Source: Octopus vulgaris (Eukaryota). Taken from it: DNA of 64,000 nucleotides. Shown here one piece after another: positions 25,088-38,149 of the stretch; position 1 is the stretch's first letter, and each line of letters starts with the position of its first letter. The notes under the pieces are model-generated. The model saw only the letters and a list, made by a program, of their open reading frames with translations, was not told the DNA's origin and searched no databases. Position numbers and translations under genes: made by a program. The DNA is taken from NCBI GenBank assembly GCA_951406725.2, contig OX597814.1:163990001-164054000 (forward strand), read 5' to 3'.

Positions 25088-26284
25088 CATTTGATTTGCA
25101 ATCTTTTTCCTAATCACTTCAAATTCATTAGTCCCTAAATTAATGTTTTCCCTGTGAAGTTCTAGTTGGACCCTTTCTTGAGCAGCAATAGACCATCATT
25201 ATATAAAAATACTATTCACCTCAAATTAGAAGTTAATTTGTTGCTTTCAAGGTCAAAAAATATTTTTGCTTTATCAATAACTAATAACATTTTGAACAAA
25301 CATTGGCAAAGTTTGTGAATAAGACAAAGATTCAACTTAACTCTGAAGATATTTTATTTATTTATTTTTTTATCTGCAATATATGTGCAGACAATAAGGC
25401 CTACTGAGTCCATACATCAATGCAAAACTTTTCAAAGATCACCAGTGGTACTTTTCAAAGATCACCAGTAATATTTTTCTTTTTTTCTTTTTTCTACTAT
25501 AGGCACAAGGCCTGAAATTTTGGGGAGGAGTGGGCTAGTTGATTTCATTGATTTCATCAACCCCAGGCTTTGATTGGTACATATTTTATTGGCCCAGAAA
25601 GGTAAAGTTGACTTTAGTTGAATTTGAACTCAGAACATAAAGCCAGAGAAAATGGAAGGCCATCAGCATATTAAAAACAGAGATGATAACCAGAACTTTA
25701 TCATAATGTACCTTTGAATTTGCATTTTATTCCAATTAATATCTTCTTAATAATATTTCTATTCAGTGCCTAAAATATAAATACTAAAAAACAAATCAAA
25801 ATAAAAAGTAATTTAATATTACAAAGAAAACTTTCAAAGCCACAACAGCATCTAAGAAGACATCATTCCTTAATCGATGGATGTTTAATATACAACAGTA
25901 AAAAGTACATTTTGGAATATGTTAACCCTCATCCTATCATCCTGCACACAACTTACTCATCAGATCTGAGTATCTTTTAAACAGTTTATTGTTTTGTTAT
26001 TTTTGTCTTGATATTTCAATATTTTACCAAAAATTGTTTATATTTGTTAGTCTTTGAATCACAGTATATAAACTAGACATTATCGTTTTAATGTCTACTT
26101 ATTACAAGGTAGAGGCAGTTACCACAAACTGTTATAAACACCTGAAAATTAAATTATGCTGTAACTTTACATGCACAAACACACACACACACTACTGTAT
26201 GTGTGGGTGTATAACAATGGAACATTTCCTGGCAAGGACTCAATACAAAAAAGTAGCATCAAATTTACTTTTAAAATCATTTTG

Positions 26285-26430
26285 ACAGGGACTTGAAGTT
26301 TCACCAGACAATTTATTCAACCGGTGATGAAAAGTTTTCTTGCTAATGTCTATAATGTATAATAAATATTAGAAAGAAAGTTTTTCACCACTGGTTAAAT
26401 AAGCTGTCAGACAAAACTTGAAGACCCGGT
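26285..26430. mobile_element. Decayed hairpin MITE, about 145 bp
   Basis: Imperfect inverted arms of about 65 bp (ACAGGGACTTGAAGTTT... / ...AAACTTGAAGACCCGGT). Confidence 0.65.
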
Positions 26431-28644
26431 AAAAACAATTTTATGTGTGTGTGTGTGTGTCTATAGAAAGAGAGAGAGACTTTTTTACTGGTTCTGGTTC
26501 CAGCAGTAAAATGGTCCATTTAAGTGACTAATTAGAATAACAGACACAATAACAATTGTTATACAAAATAAAAATAAAAATAAATAACTTAATGTTGAGC
26601 TAAAGATATACTTTAACAAATTTATAATTTTCTTTCAAATTACATACATACTACAAGCTCAAAAAACAATTAAATATTTTTAGAAACAAGTTACTTTATT
26701 TGCAATGCAAATGTATTCAATTCTTATTTAAAATTTTAAAATAAAATAGCTCTGGTACAAAAACAAAATGTATTTAAATCAACACTGTAATAACATACTT
26801 GCTGGTCATTCTATCACTTCCACATACAACGACAGCATTGTTTTTCTCTTGGGACCTAATCATCCCAGGCCATTCATTGTTTGTATATGTTCCTTTATCT
26901 GCTATCAGGAATATGTGGTGACATTTCATCCCACAACAAAGTTATCTCAATACTTTTTCTTATGACATAATAATAACTGATACTACTCCTAAAGAAACCA
27001 AAAGGCAAAGAGTAGTTGGGCTTTATGGTGTACTCTATTGTATTCCCCAGAATTATTTAATATTCATTTTACATATTTTCACTATTTTTTATATAAACAA
27101 CTTTTCTACATCCAATAATACCTCCTAATGACAATTTCTAATTGATTTTCCAGTTATGTACTTCCACTGGTTTGGTGGATGCCCAAAATTGTATAAATGT
27201 TGCTAACAGAATCAGTTCTGGTACATGCAAGTAAAGACTGTTTTTATGTCATTCTCATGTTAATGAGTTTAGAAGAGCCAAGTCCTACAAAGGTCATACA
27301 ATACAGCTAGTGCCAACTAAATAGAATTCTCACTATCTGTTGATAGATATTAAGCTAATATTGAGAGTGTTGTCAAATATATAAAATAATATGACTATAA
27401 CATAATATAATATATGACGGATATTCAAGTGTTACATTCTCATTTTTTGCTTTAATTTACTTAAATTGGATAAGTTACTCTTCAGATTATTAGACTATTT
27501 TTAACTGATAGTTCCCTATAGAATATGTTGATCCTTTAAGAAATAAGAAAAACAAAAATGTTAAAATATATATTCCTGTAGTTAATATTTAAAAAGAAAA
27601 TAGGTGTAAACTCTTTTTTTTTCTTTCTTTTTTTTGTCAAGGTTTTCACATTTATGTCCAATATGAACCAACACACCAACAGATGAATAATGTCAATGGC
27701 AAAGGCTGCAAGACTCAGCCATAAACAGAAATAACCATTATCTTACAATTATTACAAAGGTAACAGGTTTCTATGGATTGGTAGATTTATTGGAATGGTG
27801 CAAAATGAAGAGAATGATATAAACTTAGAACAATGGGTTAGCCTACATATCTATAGAATATAAATGTTCAACCTGGTGCTGTCCATCTGAATATTATCAG
27901 TTCAGAAATTCTCAAGTAGTGAAGTGACAGAAACAGTACAGTGCTAAGACTAAATGCCTTTTAGTATTCAGTTTTACCTTTTCATATCTTAAGATCAAAT
28001 CTCACTGGAGTCGGCTTTGCAACTTCAAGAACAAGACACTGTGCTGGAGTTTTGTTACTATATAAAACTTCAGTAATTTGGAATCTCTATAAAGAGATAC
28101 ACAATTCAATGATATGTTGGAAAATATAGATATTTACTTCTAGATGCACATTACAAGTCCACTCACAGTACTGCATAGTAGGAATAATATCCATTTTCAA
28201 GGTATGATGATTATATATCATGTCAGGTAATATGAATTACTGTAGGCATTCATTTTTATTTCCTTCAATAATTCTGGGAGGAAGGAAACAGTAAACAATA
28301 AAGATTTAATTTCAATTTTTTTTAATGTTTTATTAATATATTTTTTATGTATTTATTTATAGATATATTTTTGTTAACTTTTGTTTTCCTGCACTACATT
28401 CCTTACTTGTCACAGGTTTATGTCATCCTGTAAGAGGTGGGTGGCAGTTGATTTAGACAGACAAATATAAAAAGAAGAAGGGAGACAGGGGCAAATAAAT
28501 AAACATAAAATGCATGGAAGATGTGAGAGTTGTTAAAAAAAGAATGAGTTTTCCATGACGAAGACAGGAAAGCTGTTCAAGATAGCAGTTCCATTGGCGG
28601 CTGATAAAGGGATTAATGGATGAGATCAATTAAATGAGACAACC

Positions 28645-28709
28645 TTATTCAGATTTTAAATGTTTTGTACATTTGTGTGGAACTGCTTTCGGACAGGGTT
28701 TTGGGCCAT
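28645..28709 (-). CDS. TMX3: TMX3-like, last coding exon (DGPKPCPKAVPHKCTKHLKSE*)
   Basis: tttcag acceptor; phase 1 matches the previous exon; C-terminal lysine at -3. Confidence 0.7.
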
Positions 28710-29859
28710 CTGAAAAACAACAGAAACATATTTAACTGTAAGATAATGTTTATGCTTGTATGTGTATTTGAACGTGTAAGTAGAGGAGGTATGTGTTAGA
28801 TTTTGTTTTTATATGAAGTGGTAGATATATGAAAGAGGTTGTGGGTTGTGATAGATTTAGAAAAAGAATGAAGCTGTGTATGTGTGTCAAAAGTTATAAA
28901 TGTTCATGAGAGATTGTATGAGTGTAAGTCTTATTTTGTATGTAGTTGAGAATATGTGAGAGAGAGGTTGAAGATATCTGTAAAAGAGGTACAAAAGAAG
29001 GGTTGCAAGAATATATGAAAGATTGTACATGAAGTTAGACTGCATAAAATAATGTGTATACTTGAAAGAGAGAGAGGTTTGTAATGATGTATTAATTTAT
29101 AAATGTTTATATGATCAATATTGTGTGCTTCTTGTACGTGCTGTAGGGTCAATGTGACCTGTTAATTACTGTTATAGTACATATATTAATGAATCTATGT
29201 ATATTATATACATGTAATTGTGTGTGAGAAAATACAAACAAAACTGTAGCATTGCATAGATTAAGAATGAAATTCATTACAAAGATAAAGATGAAGCTTA
29301 TATTTGATCCATATAACAGATGCTACACTCACAATATACACATACTCACATGCACACTTACTCTAACATACATACATATAGTCATACAAAGATACATACA
29401 AAAACAGCATGCTTTATAGTGTGTGATAAACTCTTCACTAATTGAGTTCATAGCCAGCTTCTGATTTCCATCATCATCAGTTTTGCATCCACTTTTCCAT
29501 GCTGGCATGGGTTAGATGCATGATTATAGTCCAAGCCAGTATTTGATGTTACAGCCCTCCCAGAAGTCCTGCAGTCCCCATTTCATTTATACACTTAGTT
29601 TTACTCATATTGTTAATGATCAAGGGAAATCATGAATGTCTTCTTGTTTTCTCTACACAATAAACCTAAAGCACATACACCAATGTGAGTAATGTCATTA
29701 CTCACATCAATGGTCTATCAATGGTTGAGGTTTAGAAAAGTTAAGCCAACTTCCAGAGATAACAATAAGATATGTTTCAAACCTCTAATTAATTCTGTCT
29801 GAATTATCTAAGTGCCAGCTCACCTATGCAGAATAAATACTTTATCATCAACATCATCA

Positions 29860-30110
29860 TCATTTTTACATCAACTTTTTCATGCTGGCTCAAGTCAGAA
29901 TTCTGTTGAGGTGAATTTTCTATAGCCAGATACCTTTCCTGTCACCAATCCTCACCTGTTTCCAAGTAAGGTATATTTCCCCAATAACCAGGTATGTTTC
30001 ACACAGAAGGTTGTGAATGAAGGACACCATTTGCATGACAATAACATTTGTTTACAACTATCACACTGTGTCAAGGCAAGAAGACACACAAATACAGGTG
30101 CACACACTCA
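29860..30110 (-). mobile_element. Old SINE/RTE-tail fragment
   Basis: Similar to 38330-38545; (GAT)n-type tail. Confidence 0.55.
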
Positions 30111-30335
30111 CATATATATTCTTTACTCTTTTATTTGTTTCAGTCATTTGGCAGTGGCCATGCTGGAGCACTGCCTTTATTCGAGCAAATCGACCCCAGG
30201 ACTTATTCTTTGTAAGCTTAGTACTTATTCTATCGGTCTCTTTTGCCAAACTGCTAAGTTACGGGGACGTAAACACACCAGCATCGGTTGTCAAGGGATG
30301 TTGGGGGGGACAAACACAGACACACAAACATATAC

Positions 30336-30384
<49 letters not shown>

Positions 30385-30666
30385 CATCATCATCATCGTC
30401 GTTTAACGTCCGTTCTCCATGCTAGCATGGGTTGGACGGCTCGACCGGGGTTCTGGGAAGCCAGAAGGCTGCACCAGGCTCCAGTCTAATCTGGCAATGT
30501 TTCTACAGCTGGATGCCCTTCCTAACGCCAACCACTCCGTGAGTGTAGTGGGTGCTTTTTACGTGCCACCTGCACAGGTGCCAGGCGGGGCTGGCAACGG
30601 CCACGGTCAGATTGGTGTATTTTATGTGCCACCGGCACGGAAGCCAGTCGAGGCGGTGCTGGCATC

Positions 30667-31115
30667 GGCCACGAGTCGGATAGTGCTTTTTACGTACCAC
30701 CAGACCAGGGATCCTGGCTGGTTCAATTCGATTTCGATTTCGCTTGCCCCAACATGTCTTCACAAGCAAAGGGGGTTGGCAAGGGTGCCTGTCGTACGGT
30801 CGCATTGGAGTATTTTACGTGCCACGGCCACGAGTCGGATAGTGCTTTTTACGTACCACCAGACCAGGGATCCTGGCTGGTTCAATTCGATTTCGATTTC
30901 GCTTGCCCCAACATGTCTTCACAAGCAAAGGGGGTTGGCATGGGTGCCTGTCGTACGGTCGCATTGAGTATTTTATCCGCCACGGCCACGAGTCGGATAG
31001 TGCTTTTTACGTACCACCAGGCCAGGGATCCTGGCTGGTTCAATTCGGTTTCGATTTTGATTTCGCTTGCCCCAACATGTCTTCGCAAGCATGGGGGGTT
31101 GGCATGGGTGTCTGT
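30667..31115 (-). repeat. 158-bp tandem repeat (about 2.8 copies) in the RTE 3' UTR
   Basis: CGGCCACGAGTCGGATAGTGC recurs at about 30667, 30825 and 30983. Confidence 0.9.
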
Positions 31116-31201
31116 CGTCGGATGAGGTTCTATATCGACTTCGCTTGCCTCAACCGGTCTTTGTGTCCAAGGGAGGAAAGGCATTCATAAGTGGGCTGGG
31201 C

Positions 31202-32435
31202 TCACTTGTCCTGCCTGGTCTTCTCACGTACAGAATATTTCCAAAGGTCTCGGTCTCTGGTCATTTCCTCAGTGAGGCCTAAAGTTCGAAGGTCGTGCTT
31301 CACCACCTCGTCCCAGGTTTTCCTGGGTCTACCTCTTCCACGGGTTCCCTCAACTGCTAGGGATTGGCACTTTCTCACACACCTATCTTCATCCATTCTC
31401 GCCACATGACCATACCAGCGCAATCGTCTCTCTTGCACACCACAACTGATGCTTCTTAGGTACAACATTTCTCTCAAGGTGCTGACGCTCTGTCGAGTAT
31501 GTACACTGACATTACACATCCATCGGAGCATACTGGCTTCATTCCTCACGAGCTTACGCATGTCCTCAGCAGTCACGGCCCATGTTTCGCTGCCATGTAG
31601 CATGGCTGTTCGTACACACGCATCATACAGTCTGCCTTTTACTCTGAGCGAGAGGCCTTTAGTCACCAGCAGAGGTAAGAGCTCCCTAAACTTTGCCCAG
31701 GCTATTCTTATTCTAGCAGTTACACTTTCAGCGCACCCACCCCCACTACTGACTTGGTCACCTAGATAACGGAAGCTATCAACTACTTCTAGTTTTTCCC
31801 CCTGGAAAGTGACGGAAGTTGTTTTCTGCAGATTTTCGGAGGTTAATGCTCCCGAGCATCTGCCACATACAAAAACTATCTTCCCAGTTAGCCTACCTTT
31901 GACATTGCTGCACCTCTTATGTGTCCATAGCTTACACTGGGTACATCTTATAGAGTTTCTACCTACACCTTTTCTACAGATCGAGCAGGGCCATCTTCCT
32001 GAAGATATTTGTGGATTGTCTACCTTTCTACTTATTAGTACTTTGGTTTTAGCTAGGTTGACTCTAAGGCCCCTTGATTCTAAACCCTCCTTCCACACCT
32101 GGAACTTCTCCTCCAGTTCTGATAGTGACTCAGCAATAAGAGCAAGGTCGTCAGCGTAGAGGAGCTCCCAGGGACAGCCTGTCTTGAATTCCTCCGTAAT
32201 TGCCTGGAGTACTATGATAAATAGGAGGGGGCTGAGTACTGAACCCTGGTGGACCCCAACCTCTACTTTGAATTCTTCTGTGTACATGTTGCCAACCCTA
32301 ACCTTACTTACGGCATCTCTGTACATGGCTTGCACAGTCCTCACCAGCCATTCATCTATCCCTAGTTTCCTCATTGACCACCAGATAAGGGATCGGGGGA
32401 CCCTATCAAAAGCTTTCTCCATGTCAACGAAAGCC

Positions 32436-32438
<3 letters not shown>
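31202..32438 (-). CDS. RTE reverse transcriptase (5'-truncated) with embedded PHD finger
   Basis: DMEKAFDRV, GVHQGSVLSPLLF, LLYADD, FRYLG, RLRWYGHV, RGRPRKTW; C4HC3 at 31856-31987. The MSG...YIYI start in the ORF track is microsatellite. Confidence 0.9.
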
Positions 32439-32492
<54 letters not shown>

Positions 32493-32894
32493 CATATATA
32501 CGACGGGCTTCTTTTAGTAAATCCACTCACATGGCTTTGGTCGGCCCAAGGCTATAGTAGAAGACACTTGCCCAAGGTGCCATGCAGTGGGACTGAACCT
32601 GGAGCCATGTGGTTCGTAAGTAAGCTACTTACCACACAGCCACTCCTATGCCTATATATGCATATATATGAAAGGTTTCTTTCAGTTCCCATCAACCAAA
32701 TCCACTTACAAGGCTTCTGTCAGTCCAGGGTTATAGTGGGAGTGACTTTCCAAGGTGCCATGCAGTGGGGTTGAACACAGAACTATGTGGTTGAGAAGCA
32801 AGCAACTTATTATGTACAACAAACCAATATACATGCTACTTACATTACATAGCTCAATCAATCTATAACAGCATCCAATATAATTTTTGTTTAC

Positions 32895-33063
32895 CTTGTT
32901 TACTACGTTTATGACTGTCTTCATCTTCATCTTCAGCATCAGATAAAGCAGCTTCTTGATCAAAGGGCTCCATACAACAAATACTATAGCAAACAACACT
33001 AATAATAACTGTTGGCAGGCCAAACATCAAAAGAAATAACCATCGTGATGCTGTCCATATGGC
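32895..33063 (-). CDS. TMX3: TMX3-like exon, transmembrane segment and acidic tail
   Basis: AIWTASRWLFLLMFGLPTVIISVVCYSICCMEPFDQEAALSDAEDEDEDSHKRSKQ, resembling TMX3 FLFGLPLGVISIMCYGI; AG/GT sites; phase 0 to 1. Confidence 0.9.
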
Positions 33064-34365
33064 CTGGAAATCGGAGAAAGTGAAAAATGAATATTTTTAA
33101 TACAGGAAAAACTGGTTAAGAAATTCAGTTGGATAAAAAGAGCAAAAGGAAATAAATCCTACAAAGAAAACTCCAGGTGACTAGAATATATATAGGTTAC
33201 TAAAGTAATGATTTTTAATAGCATTTTAAGACAGAGGATACTGACTGAAACACCTTAAGTCTTAAAGTAATGATTCTTTTATAATGGCTAAGCCATATAA
33301 AAAAAAAAAGAAACAGACTTGTGTTTATGAATATGTCAGAATATGATGAAATTAGTAAGATAGAGTAGTGAGATTTCTTTTTTTTTTTTTGAGGCCAGTT
33401 GAATTCCCATCTTGTTTACCATTCTCCATCAGAACCATTACAGTTGATGTCTGCAATCTCAACCATGGTTAATAACCTTGAGAAAAGATGAGCTCTATCC
33501 ATCAAATTTACCATTAACACACTATAAAGTCATCAGTGACTCTAAACAATCTGAGTTACAGAACATGCCATCAGAAATAGATTGCAACAACCTATTTTTC
33601 TGACTATTGTGGACTTGTGTCAGAGTAAAAATTCACAATATAAACAGTTTATGTTTTGGAAGGAATTTAGGCTATCAATGATAGTGTTGTCACTGTGCTG
33701 TGACAAGTTCACTTCACTTTCAGCTTCAAATCAACTAAATTCTTTCTAGTTGATTTCAGATAGAGTAGATAACATACTAGATATCCAGTGCTGTATTGGA
33801 CAAAACAAACAACATTACTACTTAACAAGCAGTGATAAACAGTGGTTATATATTCAACACATCCCACTATAACTTGCATCAATACTAAATTCTTTAAAAT
33901 AAACTTTTTTTTTCGCATTATATCTTTTAATGGAATCTGCTTTGAAAGAGTGTATATAAGTGTGAATGAATGACAGAATGTGTGTGTATACCTTCTGTTG
34001 CACTGGCAATAAAATAGAGGGTTACAGATAGTATTGATGAGACATCAATATATTCCAACTGATGTGTCACTTCACATACCATTGGAGGCCCCATATCTAG
34101 GCAGGAATTTGAATTGATTAAAAATACAGTACACAATGCTTTCAGTTGAGGTTCCAACTCTCATTAGTAACAAGACAATTTATTAAAATTATAACTATGA
34201 TGAAGGCAGGTAGAGAACCTAGTTCTTTAACTATCTAGAAGTCTCAAAAATAACAAAAAAAAATGAAAAAAATAAGTTAGCCAAAGACAAGAAGCAGTAT
34301 TGGGAAATAAATACCCACTAAAAAGATTTAAAAGATTGTTAAAAATTGAAAGAAAATGTACATAC

Positions 34366-34434
34366 CAAAACTGTTGACCATATATCATAACCGATTCTTT
34401 TTAGTCTTTGAGTAAATCCTGTACCTCCTTGGGC
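34366..34434 (-). CDS. TMX3: TMX3-like exon
   Basis: AQGGTGFTQRLKRIGYDIWSTVL, resembling TMX3 AQGGDSILQRLKRIVFD; AG/GT sites; 69 bp, phase 0/0. Confidence 0.92.
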
Positions 34435-34459
34435 CTACAAGAAAAATATACAGTAAAAT

Positions 34460-36620
34460 TTTAATATTTGATGCAAGTATTGGAATAATAATAGATGGTT
34501 TTACAAAAAGTATTCTACTTTAATATCCTCATTCTAAACCTTGAAACCTATCAGTTGACCACTTAGCAAACAGATTAATGTCCAGAAATGGCTTTATGGT
34601 GATAATATAGTGGGTAAAGTGAGATAGTTAGTTAAAATTTCAGTGCAGACCAGGATATAAGAGAGAATTTGAATTCTAGAGATTTGCAAATATACACTCA
34701 ATTCAATGAATGCAGAAGCAATATATTCTTTCACTCATTTCTCATTTTTTGCTTTACATGATACAAAGTTCTACAGAGTAATTATAAGGAAAATTATTCT
34801 TCAGAATTAAATTATATACAGCTATGATAGTATTATAATATATGTTTCATTGGAGGGTGCTGGTTTATGAGGCTTCTGATTTAAACCTTGCCTAACAGTA
34901 CAATGTATTATCAATAAAATAATTCAAACAATATAAGCTTTTAAATTAAAGGCTCAGTATTTTAACCAATGTCTTTTGAGCAAAATTAAATATTTGATGC
35001 AAGTATTGGAATAATGATAGATTTTACAAAAAGTATTCAGCTTTAATATCCTCATTCTAAACCCTGAAACCTATCATTTGACCACTTAGGAAACAAATTT
35101 ATGTCCACAAGTGGCTTTATGGTAATAATACAGTGGGTAAAGGATCTAAGTGTTGCAGAAGGTAATGTGCAATATTCAGCTTGGAGTGAGGAAAAGACTC
35201 AGTGTATTAGGATGACAGATGAAAGATCAATACAAACAGAAGACAATAATTTGTTAAAGATCGCTTAAAACAGAAAAAGTTCCATAATATGTGTCAATTG
35301 TATATATGTTATTGAAACCTCTACAAATAATGATCAGAATAGAATTAAGTTTATCTAACAGTGTCACTGAAGGAAAGAGGGTGATTAAATGCTAGGTGGT
35401 ATTGCAAAGTTCAGGGTTAGATGATATGATATAGTTTGAAACAAAGTAATTGAAAGTTTTCAGATTTTATGTAAAGTTAAGACAGATGGAGACAGACTTG
35501 GTAGATTATGAATAAGTATTTACTCCAGTTTCACACAAAGAGAAAATACAGTGGCAACCTACATCCCAATGGTTAAAAAACAGATGTATTGCAGCAAGTG
35601 AGAAATACTGCCTACATCAGCTGGAAGTGGTCACCTGCCATGACAAACAAGGAGATATTCACTCACCAGCACAAGGCTTACACAAGTGGAATCAAACATC
35701 TACATGCAGCTGTTCACACTGTACCTCAACTACAACTTTACCAGCTTGGGAAGGACCTATAAAGGTCATAAACAATGCCACTCCTGATTAAATAATAAAA
35801 GCAAATAAAAATCTCAATTTGCAATTCTGTGTAGAAAATGAATGGGATAAAGAGATTTTGAGATTTGTATTTCTCTAAAGGAAGATATGTATAACCTTTG
35901 CTGGAATTGTTGAATATAATTGAAGGTGATTTAGATACCTAGGATTATAGTAAAAGAGGAGTAAATTTTCAAGAAAAAAAACTTGAATTTTCTTTTCTTG
36001 TTTACTTATAAAAACGTCAGTCCAGACAAGAAAATAAAAGAGAATCTGAATTCTAGAGATTTGCAAATATAGACTCAATTCAATGAATGCAGAAGCAAAA
36101 TATTCTTTGCTTTACATGATACAGAGTTCTACAGAGTAATTATAAGAAAAACTATTCTTCAGAATTAAATTATGTATAACTATGATAGTATGGTTCATTA
36201 AAGATTTCTTTATTATGATCATAAGATCTAATATAGAAGGGCAATACAGGACAATACAAAACATTAATAAAGAAATACTCAGCAAGTTTTTTTCAGTTCG
36301 TTTGTTTTACACAAAAATATATTGAGCTAAAAATAGATGATTTATATGATTAAAAATTTTGATTTCCTCACATTTTTTTCTTGTTGGTCTACTGTCCAAT
36401 GGCTACACCCCTCCCCCTCATGGTAGATTAAGTAGGGACACTCACTTCCAACTTCCTTACCACATCCTTCCATCTTTTCTCATTTCTAGACAGGTGTTTC
36501 CTCAGATTTATGAGACTTCTGATTTAGACCTTGCTTAACAGTACAATGTATTATCAACAGAATAATTCAAACAATATAACCTTTTAAATTAAAGGTTCAG
36601 TATTTTAGCAAAGGTTTTTT
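34460..36620. repeat. Old intronic tandem duplication; second copy interrupted
   Basis: 34460-34620 resembles 34986-35142; 34640-34850 resembles 36018-36200; 34865-34975 resembles 36505-36615. Confidence 0.8.
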
Positions 36621-36720
36621 TAAGCTACCACTTATCAACAAGTGTTCCATTGTAAGAAATTCTTTACCCCCAAATAAATAAAAGCAATAGTAGAAAATAA
36701 GAAAACTCAGCAATACTTAC

Positions 36721-36913
36721 AGTAACTTTTCCTTCAGAAACATCTATAAGAAACTGACTATACTCTGCAAGAGTAAGATCTTTGACCTCTTTCTCTGGCA
36801 TATAGTAGTACTGTGACTCAGAATCATAAACAAGTAATGTTGGCATTTCAATAGTAGACATGGTGATACTATTCAATGGTTCAGAGTCATTCAAATGAGC
36901 AAACTGAAACTGA
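36721..36913 (-). CDS. TMX3: TMX3-like exon (b' thioredoxin-like domain)
   Basis: QFQFAHLNDSEPLNSITMSTIEMPTLLVYDSESQYYY...QFLIDVSEGKVT, resembling TMX3 FQFGHMDGNDYINTLLMDELTVPTVVV; AG/GT sites; phase 2 to 0. Confidence 0.9.
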
Positions 36914-37174
36914 CTGATAAAAGAAAAAGAGAAAATATACATAGAATTAATAGGTTTTAACTTTTTGTGTGTGTGTGTGTCTGTGTTTAGATATATATAT
37001 ATATATAGTTCAGAGAATTCTTTACATCAAAATATATGTTCAAAATGATAAGGCTAGCATTTTAGATAATTTTAAACAGCGAATCCTCTCAAAAATCTAG
37101 GGCTGCATAGTATGTATGACTATAAGCACAGATGTCAAGTTTCTGTTAGAGTAAAGATGTATATACACAGAGAG

Positions 37175-37390
37175 TGGAGGCAAATGGTTTAGTGGTTAGG
37201 GTGTTTCACTCCTGATTGTAAGATTGTGCTTTCAATTTCTGGACAGGGTGTGTTCTTAAGCAAAACACTTCATTCCACATGACTCCGGTCCTCTCTGCTG
37301 ATAAAAATGAGTAATCATGTGACAGACCGGTGTCTGGTCCAGATGAGAATATATATGCAGTAGAATCCTGAAAACTGACTTGAGAAGGAT
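37175..37390 (+). mobile_element. tRNA-derived SINE, family C-related, old
   Basis: Homologous to 43383-43630. Confidence 0.65.
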
Positions 37391-38149
37391 CTTTGATCCC
37401 CTTTGATATACACAGACAGTGCTCCTTAAAACTATATTCCTACCTATATTGACAGCATACTAATATTTTAGAATATACAAAATTCTAACAATTACATAAA
37501 AATATATAAACAATAAGGCTTAAAAACTGTGTAGTAAGAAGTCTGCTTCTCAGCCACATGGTTCCAAGTTCAGTCCCACTACATGACACCTTGGGCTGAC
37601 CAAAACTTTGTGAGTGGATTTGGTAGACAGAAACTGAGAGAAGCAGAGTTTAGTGATATCACATGATGACAATTGGGGATAGTATTGAATAAGACTTTGT
37701 GTCAACAATGTATCCTCAGTGTAGAAACAGTCTGAAAAATAGACATTATGAAGTCATTTCCAGAATAGATGCACACACACACATACATACAGAGTACTTA
37801 TTTTTAAATCTGGTACTAATTATATCAGTCTCTTTTGCCAAACTGATAAACCCACACACAAATGTATGGTTATATATATATATATATAAAATATATAGGG
37901 TAGCAAATATTTTTAGAAATTTCACCACCAATGGCCTAGCATGTATAAAAAGTCAATAGACAACATAAAAGTTTTTATTTTTCATTCCCTTCGAAAACTG
38001 CTCTTAAATGTGGTTTTGGTCGTTTTGACTGCTTCTTCTAGCATGTAAAAATTACCTGTTAAAGGTAGTTTTCTCTTGTTTTTAAATGTACACTATTTTA
38101 TATATATAAATATATGAATAGGTAGGTAAGTAGATAGGTAGGCAGGTGG

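Larger units (their letters stand above)
30383..32438 (-). mobile_element. Young 5'-truncated RTE-clade LINE
   Basis: Uninterrupted RT ORF, 3' UTR with tandem repeats, (GAT)n tail. Confidence 0.92.
30120..32652 (-). mobile_element. SINE family A split by the RTE insertion (halves about 30120-30380 and 32440-32652)
   Basis: The two halves join at the SINE's internal (TA)n and are colinear with 7176-7590. Confidence 0.85.

Noticed and set aside
30667-31115. CRISPR-like regular repeats
   Set aside because: No unique spacers; eukaryotic LINE 3' UTR tandem repeat.
37895-38095. Possible third hammerhead or Penelope-like end (AGTCAA...GAAA...TTGACT)
   Set aside because: No CUGANGA core; too decayed to support.
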